Source: Octopus vulgaris
Taxonomy: Eukaryota
Length of the DNA stretch: 64,000 bases
NCBI GenBank assembly: GCA_951406725.2
Contig: OX597830.1
Location: 75,516,001 to 75,580,000 of the forward strand
Direction of reading: 5' to 3'
Position numbers and translations under genes: made by a program. The notes beneath the pieces were generated by a model that was not told the DNA's origin, searched no databases, and saw nothing but the letters and a program-made list of their open reading frames with translations. Position 1 is the first letter of the stretch, and each line of letters begins with the position of its first letter. Below are positions 13,115-26,204 of this stretch, in pieces.

Positions 13115-13350
13115 TATCTTTTATTTCTTTCAGCCATTAGACTGCAGCCATTCTAGACCTTGCTTTGAAGAATTTTTGTCTAATGTATAAAACAGAGCAT
13201 TTATTTTCGTTATTTTAAGCCTAATATTGATTCAATCGATCTGTTTTACCGAACTGCAAAATGACTGGGAGGGAAACACACCAGCACCGGTTGTCAGGCA
13301 GTGGTGGTGGTCGTGATGGAGAACAAACACGCCTGTGCGTTTGCACATAC
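13115..13350 (-). mobile_element. SINE family A, 3' half, diverged
   Basis: TTTCAGCCATTAGACTGCAGCCAT...ACACCAGCACCGGTTGTCAGGC is the reverse complement of the family A 3' half. Confidence 0.7.
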
Positions 13351-13584
13351 AAACTCACACGCAAACACACACAGACGTATGCGCGCGCGTGCATACACTC
13401 ACACACACACACATACACACATACATACACACACACACACACACGCATAGACAGACAAACAAACATAGCTTCACTGAGTTTGACAGTCATATGCAGGAGA
13501 TCAAATTGTTAAATATGTATAACCCCTTTAAAATATGCTGATTGCCACCTGTTTTGTTTGACCGCTGAATCGTATAAATATACC

Positions 13585-14251
13585 CGCAGGAGTAGCCGTG
13601 TGGTAAGTAGCTTGCTTACCAACTACATGGTTCCATGTTCTGTCCCACTGCGTGGCACCTTGGGCACGTTTCTTCTAATAGAGCCTCGGGCCGACCAAAG
13701 CCTTGTGAGTGCATTTGGTAGACGGAAACTGAAAGAATCCTATCGTATATATGTATGTATATATATGTATATATATGTATATATATGTATATATATGTAT
13801 ATATAAGGCGGCGAGCAGACAGAATCGCTTGCGCGCCGGTGGTTGTGAGTTCAAATTCCGCCGAGGTCGACTTTGCCTTTCATCCATTCGGGGTCGATAA
13901 ATTAAGTACCAATTACGCGCAGGGGGTGATGTAATCGACTTAATAACTATGTCTGTCCTTGTTTGTCCCCCCCTATCATTAGCCCTTTGTGGGCAATAAA
14001 GAAATACGTATATATGTATATATACGTATGTGTGTGTATATGTTTGTGTATCTGTGCTTGTCCTTCCAACATCGCTTGACAACCGATGGTGGTGTGTTTT
14101 CGACCCCGTAACTTAGCGGTTCGACAAAAAGAGAACGATAGAATAAGTACTAGGCTTACAAAGAATAAGTCCTGGGGTCGATTTGCTCGACTAAAGGTGT
14201 TGCTCCAGCATGGCAGCAGTCAAATGGCTGAAACGAATAAAAGAATAAAAG
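13585..14251 (+). mobile_element. SINE family A, full length, with a nested family B copy
   Basis: Head CGCAGGAGTAGCCGTGTGGTAAGTAGC to tail GCTGAAACGAATAAAAGAATAAAAG. Confidence 0.9.
13807..14006 (+). mobile_element. SINE family B nested in the internal (TA) tract of a family A SINE
   Basis: GGCGGCGAGC.GACAGAATCG...GAGTTCAAATTCCGCCGAGGTCGACTTTGCCTTTCATCC...GGGCAATAAAGAAATA. Confidence 0.9.
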
Positions 14252-14270
14252 TATATATATATATATATAC

Positions 14271-15424
14271 TTTTCTAAGATAGAAGTCAGGTGGTAGTAG
14301 CCAATGAGGCCACTTCCATCAACACGCAAATAGTGAGCGGTGTTCCGCAGGGCACTGTCTTGGGACCACTACTGTTCATAATGGCCCTCTCAGACATGCC
14401 CTCAGCCACGCAGAGAGCCACGATCACAAGTTATGCAGATGATACAAAAGTTTCACAGGCAATACAGAACCCTGAGGACACTAAACGCCTGCAATGTGAG
14501 CTGGACAAAATATACAAGTGGGCTGAAAAGAATAGCATGCAGTTCAATGCTGAAAAGTTTCAAGCTTTATACTATCAGCATGCAAAACTAAATGCAATAC
14601 CCAATGAATACACTGGACCCGGAGGAATTGCAATCCCAGAGGCACAATCAGTGCGTGACCTGGGTATTTACATGAGTGATGACGCAACCTTTCGTGTATG
14701 TGTTGCTAAATTGGCAATGAAATGTAGACGACTGGCCGGATGGATTCTCAGAATGTTTAGAACAAGAGAACAAGAAACCATGATGGTCCTCTGGAGGACA
14801 CTTTTCCTAAGCCACTTTGACTATTGCTCTCAGTTGTGGTCACCATCCAGTGTCAAGTTGATCACAGAACTTGAGGCGATCCAACGTAGCTACACGAAGA
14901 AGATAGCCTCTATGCAGAATATAAGCTACTGGGAAAGACTCAAGAGATTAAAACTATATTCCTTGGAGCGTAGGCGGGAAAGATATGCCATAATATACAT
15001 CTGGAAGATCCTGGAGGGACTTGTCCCAAACTTTGGCATCGAGAGTTACACAAATGCCAGAACTGGGTGCCACTGCGTGGTGCCTAGGACTCCAAATTTG
15101 CCATCAAGATGTAGGACAAGATACTGTGATAGCCTGGGCTTCCGAGGCCCACAGCTCTTCAATATCCTCCCGAAGAACCTAAGAGACCTGCATGGGGTGG
15201 ATGCAGATGTCTTTAAAATGAAACTGGATCTCTTCCTGTCAGGTGTCCCAGATGAACCAACTTCACGACAGGAGGTGCAGATGAGGGCAGCTGCATCGAA
15301 CTCTCTCATGCACCAAATGGCAGTTGCTAAAAAGCTTTCGTGAAGTAAAACCATGTAGCAACACCAAATGGCGGTGCCCCAGCATGGCCACAGCTCATGA
15401 GCTGAAACTAGAATCAATCAATCA
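14271..15424 (+). mobile_element. 5'-truncated CR1-group non-LTR retrotransposon (LINE)
   Basis: RT ORF followed by a short 3' UTR GGCGGTGCCCCAGCATGGCCACAGCTCATGAGCTGAAAC and an (AATC)n tail. Confidence 0.9.
14291..15343 (+). CDS. C-terminal part of LINE ORF2 reverse transcriptase (open, 5'-truncated, probably not translated)
   Basis: SGVPQGTVLGPLLF, SYADDT, RDLG, and the CR1-type C-terminus SYWERLKRLKLYSLERRRER; 350 codons without a stop. Confidence 0.9.
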   Translation: MVVANEATSINTQIVSGVPQGTVLGPLLFIMALSDMPSATQRATITSYADDTKVSQAIQNPEDTKRLQCELDKIYKWAEKNSMQFNAEKFQALYYQHAKLNAIPNEYTGPGGIAIPEAQSVRDLGIYMSDDATFRVCVAKLAMKCRRLAGWILRMFRTREQETMMVLWRTLFLSHFDYCSQLWSPSSVKLITELEAIQRSYTKKIASMQNISYWERLKRLKLYSLERRRERYAIIYIWKILEGLVPNFGIESYTNARTGCHCVVPRTPNLPSRCRTRYCDSLGFRGPQLFNILPKNLRDLHGVDADVFKMKLDLFLSGVPDEPTSRQEVQMRAAASNSLMHQMAVAKKLS

Positions 15425-15428
15425 TATA

Positions 15429-15525
15429 TCCTTCTTTCCTTCTTTCCTGAGAGTCCAATAACACTATATTTGTTCCACGTCCTCGCGTTGTTGTGTTTTT
15501 TTGTGTTTTCTTGTTTGGATTAACT
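15429..15525 (+). mobile_element. 3' fragment of hammerhead element family C
   Basis: Matches 19146-19249; ends GGATTAAC followed by (TA)n. Confidence 0.85.
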
Positions 15526-15559
15526 ATATATATAAATATATATATATTATTTAAGAGCG

Positions 15560-15755
15560 GCAGAAATGTGAAAAAAGCTATTACTCAAAGTTTCACGTTC
15601 CCGTTAACAAAACTGTCTGACGAGAGAGAACGTGAAACTCTGAGTAACAGCTTTTCTTATATTCCTGCTGATTTTAAATAAAGCATATTACTCAACCTCA
15701 GGTATTTGAGTACTATTGTTTCCACCTTGTTTCACATTTATGTATTTACTCAGGT
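15560..15755 (+). mobile_element. Fold-back element carrying a hammerhead ribozyme
   Basis: 15560-15602 is an inverted copy of about 15626-15668; AATAAA at 15677; TA-rich tracts on both sides. Confidence 0.75.
15613..15650 (+). ncRNA. Minimal type I hammerhead ribozyme (stem II mutated)
   Basis: CTGT/ACAG stem I; CTGACGA 15617-15623; GAAA 15634-15637; CTC-T-GAG stem III; GUA triplet. The inverted arm preserves ACG-GGAA-CGT as the probable ancestral stem II. Confidence 0.75.
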
Positions 15756-15774
15756 ATATATATATATATACTTT

Positions 15775-15990
15775 CATTCTTTTACTTGTTTCAGTTATTT
15801 GACTGCAGCGATGCTGGAACACCGCGTTAAAGGGTTCTAGTCGAACTAATCAACCCTCAAGACTTTTTTCAACCTAGTACCTATTTTATCGATCTTTTTG
15901 CCGAGACGATTAGCTACGGGGACGTAAAATACCAACACCTGTTGTCAAGCGGCGCTGGTGGGGTGGGGTGGGGTGGGACGCATAAACATA
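15775..15990 (-). mobile_element. SINE family A, 3' half
   Basis: TTTTACTTGTTTCAGTTATTTGACTGCAGCGATGCTGG...GGGGACGTAAA. Confidence 0.85.
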
Positions 15991-16000
15991 TATATATATA

Positions 16001-16699
<699 letters not shown>

Positions 16700-17407
16700 G
16701 GAGAGAAAGAGCGAGAGAGTGAGAGAGAGAGAGAAAGATAGATGTATATATGCACATATGCATACGTACACACATCCCTGCATCCAGCCATACATCTAGC
16801 CATCCATCTACACATACATACAAACATACATACATACATACATACTTACGATATGTCCTTATGACTTTAATACCCAAATACTGACCACTTCTAAACAAAT
16901 GTGGGAGAGACTTTACCTGTCGCTCATTTTCGTACCTGTATCTGCTCTTTGCAGGTAGATATCTTGTTATCGCTGATTTATTTGCTATCAAGGTATTTTA
17001 ATGTTTCTCATGTTCTCGTGTTTCTTTCGTCCACCCCCTCCCAGTCACCGCCTCTCTCTCTTTCTCTCTCTCTCTCTTTCATTAGTTACGGGAAATCATA
17101 TAAGTACCGGATATTTAATAGTAAAAGTTAGAACTAGTAATCAAAGTCTACATAAGCTCTAAAATATATGACTATTTATCATTGGTACAGCTGCAATGGT
17201 AGGTTAAGCTATCATTTATAAAGAAGAAAGTATAGTAAATTATACAGGTATTAAGTGAAGAAGATAAACCAAAACAAAATAAAAACAAACATAAAGCCAA
17301 TGCAACACAGAATAACGGAAGTAAAGCAGAATGGAAACTGAATGCAAAATAATAGCATGGGCACAGGAAAACCCCAAAAAAAAAAAAAAACACTATATAA
17401 ATAGATG

Positions 17408-17566
17408 GGCGCAGGAGTGGCTGTGTGATAAGTAGCTTGCTTACCAATCATATGGTGCTGGTTTCAGTCCTACTGCGTGGCAAGTGTCTTCTACTATAGC
17501 TTGAGGCCGACCAAAGCCTTGTTTTTGAGTGGATTTGGGAGATGGAAACAGAAAGAAGCCCGACGT
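17408..17566 (+). mobile_element. SINE family A, 5' half
   Basis: GGCGCAGGAGTGGCTGTGTGATAAGTAGC...GAAAGAAGCCCGACG. Confidence 0.88.
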
Positions 17567-17608
17567 ATATATTTATTTACTTAAACATATATACATATAT
17601 ACACACAC

Positions 17609-17694
<86 letters not shown>
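17609..17694. repeat. (GATA)n microsatellite
   Basis: Direct reading. Confidence 0.95.
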
Positions 17695-18451
17695 TGCAAA
17701 TGTGACGAAAAAAGAACAAAAATAAGTTAAAAACATAGACACAAAGGCGGTATTAGCTTGACGCCCTGGAAATTTGAAAAAGCGGAAACATCTGGAACAT
17801 TTAGAATATGCACATCTAGAGAGAACAGAACGGAGAATGAAAACTGAAGTACAACAAACGTAAATTTTTTCAACCATCACGGTATGCAGGAAGACCAAAT
17901 AATAACACTCACAATATTTGGTTTTTAAAAAAATTAGTCGCCTTGGCTGGAAGAGTTGAAGCTAGATCAGTAAACATGAAAGACATTCTAACCATTTTAC
18001 CAAAGCAGATCCATGTTAGAAGCTTTGATCTTTGCAGCGAAACGGCTACTATGTTTTGCATAAGAATTTAGAAATGTTGAGGAAGACGATGAATGCTGTT
18101 TTAAAACAACCCTTGCCTGTGCGACCCGAACCCATATGTTCCCTAAATATGACAGAAAGGCAGCTCGTGAGACGCAGGCGCACTGTTAATAAAAATACTT
18201 GAAATCTTTTCCCTCAAAATTTTGAAATTCAAATAAGGTAAACATTTTACAAAGCTAATAGAATAAATGGAAAAAAATCGCGTATTTCCTAGAACGTCTG
18301 TCCTGTTTACGGATTACGTAATACATTATGTAACTCTCAAATTCATCAGGCAAGTATGTAAAACAAGTGAACAAAGACTCGTTGTTTAATTCACTGAGTT
18401 ATCAACTAGTACATACATACGAACATATATATACACACGCACGCACATTTA

Positions 18452-18700
18452 TGGTTAATGAGAGACGGAGGACGGAAGATACGAGAGGTTTTACAAATCA
18501 CTACATTTGTTTCGACGCATCTAACATCGGCCTCTGACGAATGCTAGATGTATCGAAACAATTGTAGTGATTAATAAAAACTCTCGTATCCTCCATCATC
18601 TGTCTTTCATTAACCAGATACATAACGAACTCAATGAAAGTGACCGTGCTTTACCAATAGTCTACCCGGTACATACCATTCGTTTTATTATGTAATATCT
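18452..18700 (+). mobile_element. Fold-back element with a minimal hammerhead core (18534-18566)
   Basis: Diverged inverted repeat 18452-18528 vs 18539-18616; CTGACGA-ATGC/GTAT-GAAAC-AATT-GTA (palindrome ACAATTGT); AATAAA at 18573; 5' arm of stem I lost at the inversion centre. Confidence 0.75.
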
Positions 18701-18794
18701 AATAATATGTGTGTGTAGAGATAGATATAAATCACTTCTCTTTTATTGATTACAAGAGGACATCTATTTTCTTTTATTCTTATATATTCTTTTA

Positions 18795-18980
18795 TTTTTT
18801 TCAGTCATTTGATTCCTGCCACGCTGGAGCACCGCCTTTATTCGAGCAAATCGACCTCAGAACTTATTTTAGTAAGCCTGGTACTTATACTAGCAGTCTC
18901 TTTTGCCGAACCGCAAAGTTACGGGACGTAAACATATCAGTATCGGTTGTCAAGCGACGTGGGGGGGGGGACAAACACAC
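18795..18980 (-). mobile_element. SINE family A, 3' half
   Basis: TTTCAGTCATTTGA..CTGGAGCACCGCCTTTA.TCGAGCAAATCGACC. Confidence 0.85.
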
Positions 18981-19035
18981 ACATGCATATATATATATAT
19001 ATTCACATACATGAAAAAACACACACACACACATA

Positions 19036-19244
19036 TGTGACCTCGTGATTACCGCTAGCGATTTTTTTTCCTCTTTCTTCCCTTCTCGGGATCTTTCCTT
19101 CTCTTATGTTTCCGACGAAGAGCTCCGCTCGAAACGTTAAACCCTCCTTCTTCCCTTCTTTCCTGAGCGTCAAATAATACTTTATTTGTTCCACGTCCTC
19201 GCGTTGCTGTATTATTTTGTTTTTTTGTGTTTTCTTGTTTGGAT

Positions 19245-19249
<5 letters not shown>
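19036..19249 (+). mobile_element. About 210-bp hammerhead element family C, full copy
   Basis: Same ends as the 45507-45712 copy; GTTT-CCGACGA-A-GAGC-TCC-GCTC-GAAAC-GTT-AAAC at 19108-19142; 3' end joins (TA)n. Confidence 0.85.
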
Positions 19250-19289
<40 letters not shown>

Positions 19290-19366
19290 ATATATCTTCA
19301 TCCGTTCAAGAGAAAACATGTAATGAATCTATTAGAAATCAAATTATCTCATTTGCATAGGCATTA

Positions 19367-19430
19367 ATATAATGAACTATTATTATAATGAACTATTATT
19401 ATAATGAACTATTATTATAATGAACTATTA
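19367..19430. repeat. 16-bp tandem repeat (TATAATGAACTATTAT) x4
   Basis: Direct reading. Confidence 0.9.
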
Positions 19431-19765
19431 CTGTTAAGCTGCAAGCTGACAGACTCGTTGGAGCATCGGAAAAGATGTCATTCAGTATTTGATCCCGTAT
19501 TTCCTTCGGTCGGAATCGATGAACTAAGGTTTTGGGGGAAGGGATATTGTCCATTACATCGAAACCAAGTGCTCAACTAGTAGTTTACTGATTTCCATCG
19601 TGTTTAATTGGTAGTATTGCTGTATTTCGCGCAAGGACTAAAGTGAGAATCATTTATTCTGTGGGCAGATCAAACATCACAAGTGATTTCGCATTTTGTT
19701 TATTCAGAGATGAGTATCAAACACCGAAATGCATCGCTGTACCAACAAGAACTAACCTCCAGATC

Positions 19766-19837
<72 letters not shown>

Positions 19838-20214
19838 TTTCACCCTTCGTCTCTCTCCTCTTCACTGCAAAATTGATGGCCAAGTTCCAAAAAATGAAAC
19901 GCATATTTCTGTTATGAAATTTGGCCATGTCAGATACGTAATTTCACACCTACAAAATTACATAATATATTTATACCAGTAAGATACCGCGATCGAATAA
20001 TTTAACTGAGCACCATGCCACAGAGATAAGCAAATAACAATATGGCCTTCTGTTTATATTTTAAATCAATATTATCTGACAACTCAGTGTTTTTGAAATT
20101 TCCATAATTAGTTCCAGCCGGAAGTTTGTTTAATTCTATCTCTGATTCTTAAATTTACGATGATACATAGGGTGACATATATAGGACTCTCTCTCTGTTT
20201 ACATTCATGTTTGC

Positions 20215-20281
<67 letters not shown>

Positions 20282-20767
20282 TATGTGTGTGTGTGTTTGT
20301 ATATATATATATTTTACACATATACATTTTAATACGTATATATATATATATGTAGATATATATATGCACTCACTTATACATATGTGTGTGTACACACACG
20401 AGCACACGCATATGCACACCGTGTATACATACGTGTGTTTGTTGATTTGATTTCATGTGCGTTCTTTTGCGGATGTGCGTCTGCTTTTGTGTTTACGTAT
20501 GTATGGATGTGAATCTGAAAATATATGGGTGTGTGAATGTATATGAATGTGTGTGTGAGTGTGTATGTGCAAGCTATTTTTGTTTGTTTGTTGTGTATTA
20601 TTCACAGGTTACAGATGGTTAATCAAGGGTTCCATAATATCATGCCATGATCGCTTTTTCTATCATTTTTTTTTTACGCTCTCTCTATCTGTCAGTTTCC
20701 TTCATAAATATACAAGTATGATGTATGTATGCATGTATATATATATGTGCAATATATATGATATATG

Positions 20768-20813
<46 letters not shown>

Positions 20814-20955
20814 GTATGCATATATACATATATACATGGGCACATATTTACATCGTGGTAGTCATATTAGCCATTAAATTATTATTATTGTTATTATTAC
20901 TTGATACGTATATATGTGTGTGTGTGTAAATATATACGTATATATTTATGTATAT

Positions 20956-21038
<83 letters not shown>

Positions 21039-21163
21039 CACATACAAATACACACGCGCACACACATAGATAGTACGTACAGAAAATGGATGTGTAACGT
21101 ATAACAATGTCATATAAATATATACCAACTATGAAATTGCGTAGGCCATGCATACATACATTC

Positions 21164-21223
<60 letters not shown>

Positions 21224-21239
21224 TATATATGTATGTATA

Positions 21240-21273
<34 letters not shown>

Positions 21274-21274
21274 C

Positions 21275-21337
<63 letters not shown>

Positions 21338-21471
21338 ATGTATGTATATGTATTCATGCATGTATATATAGATATATACGAACTTGTTTATACATGTATA
21401 TCTCCATACAGATAAGGACTCATGCAATATACATATACATGCCTATCTATTTCTGTGCATATGTATGTATC

Positions 21472-21505
<34 letters not shown>

Positions 21506-21564
21506 TATTATATAGGCATATGTATATATATATTCATATTTGTGTATATGTATATGCATATAGA

Positions 21565-21600
<36 letters not shown>

Positions 21601-22243
21601 TATATACACACACGTTGATATGTTTATAAAATGTCTGTCGTCCTGCCTGTCTATCGATATATCGATCACTTTAGCCCGTTCTATCTTCTGTCTATATTTC
21701 AAAAATAACTTCGGTATTTAGAATCCGAGGTTTGTTTTTTTATTATTTTACAGTAAGTTTAGAAAAAAGGAAATTATGTGTGTGTATGGATGTATGTATG
21801 TATATATGTATGCTGTATGTGTATATTTTGATATGTATATACGTGAAATATATATATAGTCATGTATGTTTCTACGTTTCTATATGAGTGCGTGTCAATA
21901 TACTATGTTTAGCTAGGTTTGTTTTCTTTTTTTTTCTTGTTTTATTTTTACATTTTCAAAAAGATTTTAAAATTTATCGACATTCGAAAAAAAAAACTGT
22001 TTTAGAATTGAGATAAAAAGAACACACTAAAATATATTCCCACACACACAGAAGTTTGCACATACACATACACAAATAGATATAAATTTACATATAGATA
22101 CAAACACATACGCATATACATATACGTTTACATATACATTCATATACATAAATTTAGTGTATGTATATATATATTAAAATCTACAGACACACACATACAT
22201 ATATACACATGTACATATATCTGTGTGTGTACATATATGTATA

Positions 22244-22320
<77 letters not shown>

Positions 22321-22472
22321 GTGTATTTACATATATCTCTACGCACATATGTGTACATATATATCTATATATATATGTGTGTGTATATACATATATCTAT
22401 ACAGGCTCATATTTACGTACGTATATATATTTGTGTGTGTACATATATATGTATATATATATATATATATAT

Positions 22473-22509
<37 letters not shown>

Positions 22510-23106
22510 ACAAATGGACATACGTACGCACATATGCACACACACACACACACACTCACAAGCACACGCACATTCACACATACATATAAGTAATAGCTCT
22601 GTGTATCTCTCTGAATCTTTGAAACCGTTAGGTGTGCCACTGTGTGGTTAAAGCGTGATCGTGTTTAATATTTTATGTCCATGCATTTGTATATATGTAT
22701 CTGCCTTTTAAATTCTAAGTGTTGCGTGTGTGTGTGTGTGTATGTATGTGTGTGTGTTTGTGTGTGTGTATGGCTGTGTATGTTAGTAATCTCGCATTTG
22801 CTGCGAACACATTGAATTTTTTTCTTAATTTATATATAAGTTTCAAAAAAGTAAATAAATAAAATATGAAACGAAAATTTCTAAAATAAAAAATAAACTG
22901 AAAAATAGTGACCATATTTTCTATAAAAATCAATGTGAAAAAATAAAAATCAATATTGCATAGATTAATTTTTAAAATAGGTTCAACAAAGAACCACATC
23001 AAAGGGTTGAACAAAACCAGGAATTACGTCCGAGTGTCGTGGAAAAAAAATTGATATATATATATGCATATATATCTTGATACACACACGTATGCATGTT
23101 TGTATA

Positions 23107-23138
<32 letters not shown>

Positions 23139-24326
23139 CGTGTGTGTATATGCATATGTATATGCGTATATGAGTAAATATATATACATGCATTTATGTA
23201 TGAATGTGTTACTGCATTTATGGTAACTTATATGTATGTATATATATATATATATCCAAATGCAAAACGCATTGCGCACACAATCACAAAGTCACTAATA
23301 TTTACATATGCCCATGCATACACATACAGCATTCACTTTAATTGAAACAAAGAAAAAAAAAATAAGATGCACTCACTCACAGAAATATACATGCACGTAT
23401 TCAGAAGCTCATGACACGACTTTTGAGGAACAGAAACTTTGAAACAGAAAGTGACATACAGGCACAGAGGAAAGAGTCCATAGGGATAGAGAGAGGAAGT
23501 GAGAAAGAGTGAAAGAAATAGAGAGAGAGAGAAAAAGAAAGAAAAGAGAGACAGGGAGTGAGAGAGAGAGAGAATAAAGAGCTAGTCTAAAATGGTGTTG
23601 TGTTGGTTTGGGTAGGGACAGCGATCGAGCAAAAACGTTCACAACGTGGTCCAGTGTAGTGTAACTGGGACGGTATGGGGAAAGCTATTTGGCAATTGGG
23701 GACAGTTGGGGGTTTGTGATTGATGGGATCATCCAATAGGATCAGTAAAGGGTGATAAAACGCTAGAGTGGGGTTACATGGAATATGGTGGTTGCGCTAG
23801 ATAATTCAGTGATCAGAAGGAAACGATTTTTATTTGTAGTCAATTGAATTCTTGAGAAATAAGTTTAATATATATATATATTCTATTATTATTTCACTGG
23901 TTGCAGTCATTAAACTTTGGCCAATCTGGAGCTTCGCTTTGTTCTATGGTAAAGTCGATTATATCGACTTCCTCCTCAATTGCTCATTGATATTTATTTT
24001 TCCTTTTTTTTTTTTTATCTTGACTCAATTCAGAACATTTATGATCCTTGTTCTGATCGAGGATATTTAAGTGTAAAAATTTTACCCTCGGTTTGATCGA
24101 GCGAACAAATGTCGTTGATCCTAGGTTTAATCTGCCAGACGTAGACGTTATAGCGATTACTATCATGTTAAGTATATCTTAAAGCACATCGTCCTATGTA
24201 AAAACCGTCTTCTAATATAGTTAGGAATTGTTTCAGAGGAGACTTTTCTGATGTTTATAACAGTTCTAACAATCCATCGAGTATCTATGACACTTACAGT
24301 TTTATCAGTAATCACTTATTTTATAA

Positions 24327-24626
24327 TGTTGTTGTTGTTTTTTCTTCCTTCTCGAGCCACGACTGGCTCATAAGGGCCGGCTTCTCAGTTTCCTTGGTGT
24401 ATAGGTTCCCAATCTGGCCAGGACGCCGATCCGTCGCAGGTAAACTGCAAGATGCAGGAGGAAAGAGTGGGAGAAAGTTGTGGCGAAAGAGTCAGCAGAA
24501 GTTCGCCATTACCTTCTGCCGGAGCCGCGTGGAGCTTAGGTGTTTCGCTCATAAACACACACACCGCCCGGTCTGAGATCCCTCGACCGCGAGTCCGCTG
24601 CTCTAACCACTAGGCCATGTGCCTCC
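24327..24626 (-). mobile_element. tRNA-Arg-like SINE (OR-type) with (CAA)n tail
   Basis: Minus strand GGAGGCACATGGCCTAGTGGTTAGAGCAGCGGACTCGCGGTC (TCG anticodon-like loop); head shared with the 61415 copy. Confidence 0.8.
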
Positions 24627-24979
24627 ACTATTGGAGGTACACTAATCTAAGGAAGAATAAATGTGAAAACTCATATTCAACGGGATCTGAACTCGGAATG
24701 TAAAGAAACGAAAGGCGTTTTTATCCGAAACGTTATCGATTCAGACTTCCACAATATGTACTATTAATTTTTGTGTCATCAATAATTACTTTTTAAAAAT
24801 TTTATTTTCCTTTCATAGAATTATATCTAAGATACATATGGAATCCACCTTAGATCTTTCGTAACACATGCTTTAATACATGCTTGATTTATATGGATGA
24901 GTAGCTGTAAGACAGCTTGTTTTATAATTTTAGTACTATCGTCAGCGGAACATTTCGTACATACATCAATACTTGTTTG

Positions 24980-25885
24980 CATGGGCAACCATGACAATTT
25001 TAACGAGTTCCACATCTTGAACATCAAAAGTAGAAAGGTACTGACCAACACTGGCAGCCTTCGAATCAACAGCGACACCGATAGAATCTTTCTGAGAGGA
25101 AAAGATGGTGGCAGAGGCATACGGTTAGTCCAATCAGCATTTGAATATCACTTGGTATCACTCAGACATCTAGTGAACAGTAAAGAAAGGAATTAGTGTT
25201 TTACATGCATACACAAAAGTGGGAGCAACATCTTCCAAGTTGGAGAAAAACTACTGTGCAGGTACTCACAGAATACAAGTGTCTCATGCAATCCAAAACA
25301 GGCTGGAGCGGCCTATCTAAACAGATGTTTGGAGGAGAAGCAGTCAACATACCAGCAAAAAAGCAATTCATGGGTAAATAGCCCATAAGCTAGAGGATAA
25401 CGATAGCATTGACTGAAAGAGTTGCCTCTCTTGGATCTGTGATAGATTCATTAGATACCACTAGAAAGATATGCCTTCATTCCCTCACTATTCAGGAACA
25501 GGAGTTAGCAACTAAATCTCTGATAAACAGGAGATACAAAGATACTACCAAACCTCCACGTTGTAACAGAAAACGTTCGCTCTGCAATACCAGTGTGGAA
25601 GATATCATCCACATTATCAGCAGCTGCCCCAAAATGTCTACGAGATACCACCAGTCCTTGAAGCGTGATAAAGTCGCAAAAACTATTTACAACGTTGTCC
25701 GCAGGAAGAATTGCGCGGATATATAAATAAAAGGTATGTCAGAACCAGCAAAGAATACTGGTGGAAGACGCCTATAAAAACTGCAATTCGGTGCAAACAT
25801 AACAGACTTGCGATTACTCTGTGAGACAGGTAACAAAAGTCATGTACTGATATAGGTGTCAGCTGCCCATACGTATTAACATCGG
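24980..25885 (+). mobile_element. R4/Dong-type RLE non-LTR retrotransposon remnant (pseudogene)
   Basis: RIFLRGKDGGRGI; zinc-knuckle region SLC..VEDIIHIISSCPKMS..Y...RDKVAK; KHNR and VSCP endonuclease motifs; several frameshifts. Confidence 0.85.
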
Positions 25886-26053
25886 GAACTCTCGTCTCTC
25901 AAAAAACGTTGCCGTTTCGTTAGCGACCGTCTTGAAGGCTAAAGAACAGAAACAAAACTAAATAAAACCATCATACATTCATACATACAGACACGCATAG
26001 ATACATACATACACGCATACATACATACACACACACATACATACATACATACA

Positions 26054-26085
<32 letters not shown>

Positions 26086-26204
26086 CACACACACGCATAG
26101 ATACATACACACACGCATATATACATGCATACACACACACATACATATATACATACATACATAAACAGCATACATGCATACATACATAAATATATACATA
26201 CATA

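Noticed and set aside
15957-15977. G-quadruplex motif (GGGGT)n
   Set aside because: Local expansion inside the variable G-tract of a SINE; nothing suggests function.
20596-20660. Splice acceptor TTCACAG|G and a small exon
   Set aside because: No convincing donor site or reading frame from sequence alone.
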